DNA of 32,000 nt from Zymomonas mobilis subsp. mobilis ATCC 10988 (GTDB lineage: Bacteria > Pseudomonadota > Alphaproteobacteria > Sphingomonadales > Sphingomonadaceae), in contig NC_017262.1 of the NCBI RefSeq assembly GCF_000175255.2, forward strand, positions 1,890,001 through 1,922,000, written 5' to 3'. Each line of letters opens with the position of its first letter. The first letter of the stretch is position 1. A program made the translations under genes and the position numbers. Positions 29,720 to 32,000 of this stretch are shown one piece after another. Under the pieces are notes generated by a model that worked only from the letters and a program-made list of their open reading frames with translations, searched no databases and was not told where the DNA came from.

Positions 29720-30817
29720 ATGAAGACAAAAATAGTAAAGCTTTTGACTTTGGGGACATCATTAGGAATGGCGGCTATGGGACTTATTGCGCCTGCCATA
29801 GCAAAGACTGATACCGCTAAAATTGAACCCAAAGTCATCATTGTGGCTGGCTGGGAAAATGGGGCTGATACGGGTGACAAACCCGGCGAATATCAATTCT
29901 GGGTCGAACGGATGCATCTTGATGAGAAATTACCCATCGAAGGCATATCCACACAAGTTCTAAGAAGAAATAGCGATGGCGTTTATGCTCTCGTTTTGAA
30001 AGATGGCGCGACTGATCTCACTGCCTTAGCTTTGGACAAACATTTCGATCTCAAGCACAGCTATTGGATTTTTACAGGTATCTCCGGCGTAAATCCCAAT
30101 CTTGCCTCTGTTGGGAGTGTCGCATGGTCACGATGGGTCGTTGACGGGGACGCACTTCGTGAAATTGATGATCGGGACATCCCAAAAGATTGGCCATATG
30201 GATTATATGCTATTGGCGCGGATAGACCTGATAGCCTTCCAGTGGATCCTAATCATTACGGATCGGTCACAGATGTCGCCCAATTAACCAAAGCCTATCC
30301 TCTTAACCGAGGATTAGAACAATGGGCTTACACAATCAGCCGAAATGTTCCCTTAAAAGATGATCCCGTGATTGCCCGCCAACGGCAAAAATGGACAGAT
30401 TACCCTTATGCTCAAAAAGCGCCGATGATTTTGGAAGGCGAAACACTTGGCGCGCATCGCTATTGGCATGGTGAAAGACGCAATCAATGGGCAGAAAACT
30501 GGGTTAAATTATGGACGAAAGGGCAGGGACGTTTCGTCATGACCAATGAAGAAAGCCAGATCAACCAGCGTGAAATGCGCGTTTTAGCCCAATTAGGTTA
30601 TATTGATCCCGACCGTATTCTTGTGCTTCGTTCGGGCAGTAATTTCAGTATGCCACCCAAAGGAGTCGCTATTACAGACTCCATGGGTGACGAAGAATCC
30701 GGCCAAGTGATCGCCTTTGACAATAACGAAAGAGCCGGAGAACCCGTTGTCAAAGAATTGGTCAAAAATTGGAATAAATATTTCACCCAACTTCCTGATA
30801 GTAGATTTCAATTTTAA
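29720..30817 (+). CDS. Exported purine nucleoside permease (NUP) family protein
   Basis: Signal peptide MKTKIVKLLTLGTSLGMAAMGLIAPAIA; family-like sequence KVIIVAGWENGADTGDKPGEYQFWVERMHLDEKLPIEG, SYWIFTGISGVNPNLASVGSVAWSRWVVDGDALREIDDRDIPKDWPYG. Confidence 0.78.
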   Translation: MKTKIVKLLTLGTSLGMAAMGLIAPAIAKTDTAKIEPKVIIVAGWENGADTGDKPGEYQFWVERMHLDEKLPIEGISTQVLRRNSDGVYALVLKDGATDLTALALDKHFDLKHSYWIFTGISGVNPNLASVGSVAWSRWVVDGDALREIDDRDIPKDWPYGLYAIGADRPDSLPVDPNHYGSVTDVAQLTKAYPLNRGLEQWAYTISRNVPLKDDPVIARQRQKWTDYPYAQKAPMILEGETLGAHRYWHGERRNQWAENWVKLWTKGQGRFVMTNEESQINQREMRVLAQLGYIDPDRILVLRSGSNFSMPPKGVAITDSMGDEESGQVIAFDNNERAGEPVVKELVKNWNKYFTQLPDSRFQF

Positions 30818-30830
30818 AATAATAATTGTT

Positions 30831-31652
30831 CTAGTTAATGGAAATGTGTTTTCGAACAATCCTTAAAGATAAAAGTCCAATCAAAGTTAGCACACTACAG
30901 GATAGAGAAAGATACCCGAAGTGAAAATAATGACCGCTTGCTGACTCAAATTGACCATATCTAACCATCTCTGTGCATTCAGCTAGCGGAACCCATTCTA
31001 GCCATGTACGATAAGGATTGGGTATCCATTCAAGCATAAAAAAAATGGCAGATATAGGTAAACAAAAATATGTCATGGGATGAATTAAACGTTCAACAGT
31101 TGCATTTTCATAGGTAATTGCACATACTATAATAGAGGTAGCTAGGGATAGCCAAGTCATATAAACTTGACCAAGCAAGAGATAAATAGGTCTTACTGGG
31201 AGAGTCCCTAATCCGATGCAATAAGACAAAAATAGCAGAATAATAACGCTGCACATAATACCGGCAGCCTCTAAGATAACACGAGCAAATAACATATCAA
31301 ATAAACTAACCATTCTATGGTAAAGTAAGGGTGCATTCGCTTCAACTGTACCCGCTGATCTATTTACAATGTTTCTAAAGATAATAAATGTACCGTATCC
31401 AACAATTGCAAAAGGAATAGGCCTAATATCTGTCATTGAAAATGCGGTTTCTTTCGAACCAGCATGGAGTATACCAATTCCTGTTGCAAACAGCATTGGC
31501 TCAAGAATTATCCAGAGATAACCAATATTTTCCCGACCATAGCGAGTATGTAATTCCCTTAAGATAAGAGCGCCTATAACCCGGAATTGAACTTTTAAAC
31601 CGCAGAAGAAATGTGTAATTTTATTACCATCAAATTCCATGTTTTTTTCCAA
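30831..31652 (-). CDS. ABC-2 type polysaccharide/capsule export permease (KpsM/Wzm-like)
   Basis: RVIGALILRELHTRYGRENIGYLWIILEPMLFATGIGIL...IRPIPFAIVGYGTFIIFRNIVNRSAG...LIHPMTYFCLPISAIFFMLEWIP...WVPLAECTEMVRYGQF, characteristic of KpsM-type permeases. Confidence 0.85.
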   Translation of the reverse strand: MEKNMEFDGNKITHFFCGLKVQFRVIGALILRELHTRYGRENIGYLWIILEPMLFATGIGILHAGSKETAFSMTDIRPIPFAIVGYGTFIIFRNIVNRSAGTVEANAPLLYHRMVSLFDMLFARVILEAAGIMCSVIILLFLSYCIGLGTLPVRPIYLLLGQVYMTWLSLATSIIVCAITYENATVERLIHPMTYFCLPISAIFFMLEWIPNPYRTWLEWVPLAECTEMVRYGQFESASGHYFHFGYLSLSCSVLTLIGLLSLRIVRKHISIN

Positions 31653-31671
31653 AAAATGAATATATTAGTGG

Positions 31672-32000
31672 CTAATTTTTATTAAAAATCTCTGAAATAG
31701 TTTTTTTAATACTGCTTCTCCAATAAGGTAATCTTATTCCAAATATATCTTTAAATTTTTTACAATCGAGACAAGAGTTTTTGGGGCGCTTAGCTAATGT
31801 AGGCCAATCTGAAGTAAAAATAGGTGTTAATTTTGGTAATAATAATCCATAATTTTTAGACTCTTCTAATATAATTTTAGCAAATTCATACCATGAAGCA
31901 GATCCTGTGCCACTAACATTATAGATTCCCTGACATTTCTTCGGGCTTTTATAAAAAATTTGAGGGATGATGTGAATAATAGCATTTGCCAAGTCGTCAG
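31672..32000 (-). CDS. dTDP-4-dehydrorhamnose reductase-like (RfbD) C-terminus, partial
   Basis: Reverse-strand reading DDLANAIIHIIPQIFYKSPKKCQGIYNVSGTGSASWYEFAKIILEES...KLTPIFTSDWPTLAKRPKNSCLDCKKFKDIFGIRLPYWRSSIKKTI matches the RfbD C-terminal pattern; open to the window edge. Confidence 0.8.
   Translation of the reverse strand, partial: DDLANAIIHIIPQIFYKSPKKCQGIYNVSGTGSASWYEFAKIILEESKNYGLLLPKLTPIFTSDWPTLAKRPKNSCLDCKKFKDIFGIRLPYWRSSIKKTISEIFNKN

Noticed and set aside
29683-29880. Minus-strand 65-aa ORF across the NUP signal peptide region
   Set aside because: Antisense to the signal peptide of the NUP-family gene; hydrophobic sequence is expected from the reverse reading of a signal peptide.
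1-32000. CRISPR array, tRNA/rRNA genes, insertion sequence with transposase, or a clustered defence system
   Set aside because: Reading the window, I saw no regularly spaced repeats, tRNA-like segments, transposase motifs or clustered toxin/effector genes. The helicase-nuclease fusion stands as a single gene next to dgt and is better explained as DNA repair than as a defence island.

Overview
This window looks like ordinary alphaproteobacterial chromosome, most likely Zymomonas mobilis; that is inferred from gene content and protein style, not from a search. Supported genes in order: dgt (partial, -); a PHP/endonuclease-Q-like + UvrD/SF1 helicase fusion (+); a trypsin-like serine protease autotransporter (+); sucC, etfB, etfA and pgl (all +); a small membrane protein (-); a TonB-dependent receptor (-); a DUF6624-like protein (-); typA/bipA (+); a lytic-transglycosylase-like protein (+); an alpha/beta hydrolase (+); an STP/HAAAP-type serine/threonine transporter (+); a small secreted ORF (+); a DcaP-like porin (-); an MFS transporter (-); a LysE/RhtB exporter (-); a solitary Hin/Pin-type serine recombinase (-); a DHA1 MFS transporter (+); an exported purine-nucleoside-permease (NUP) family protein (+); a KpsM/Wzm-like ABC-2 permease (-); and the C-terminal part of an RfbD-like reductase (-, partial). 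Several intrinsic terminators and unexplained inverted repeats are visible. I found no CRISPR array, tRNA/rRNA, or convincing new multi-gene defence system. The most interesting items are the EndoQ-helicase fusion, the orphan serine recombinase with a nearby palindrome, the perfect 12-bp inverted repeat upstream of the NUP gene, and a terminator-like hairpin in the 5' region of the DHA1 MFS gene.
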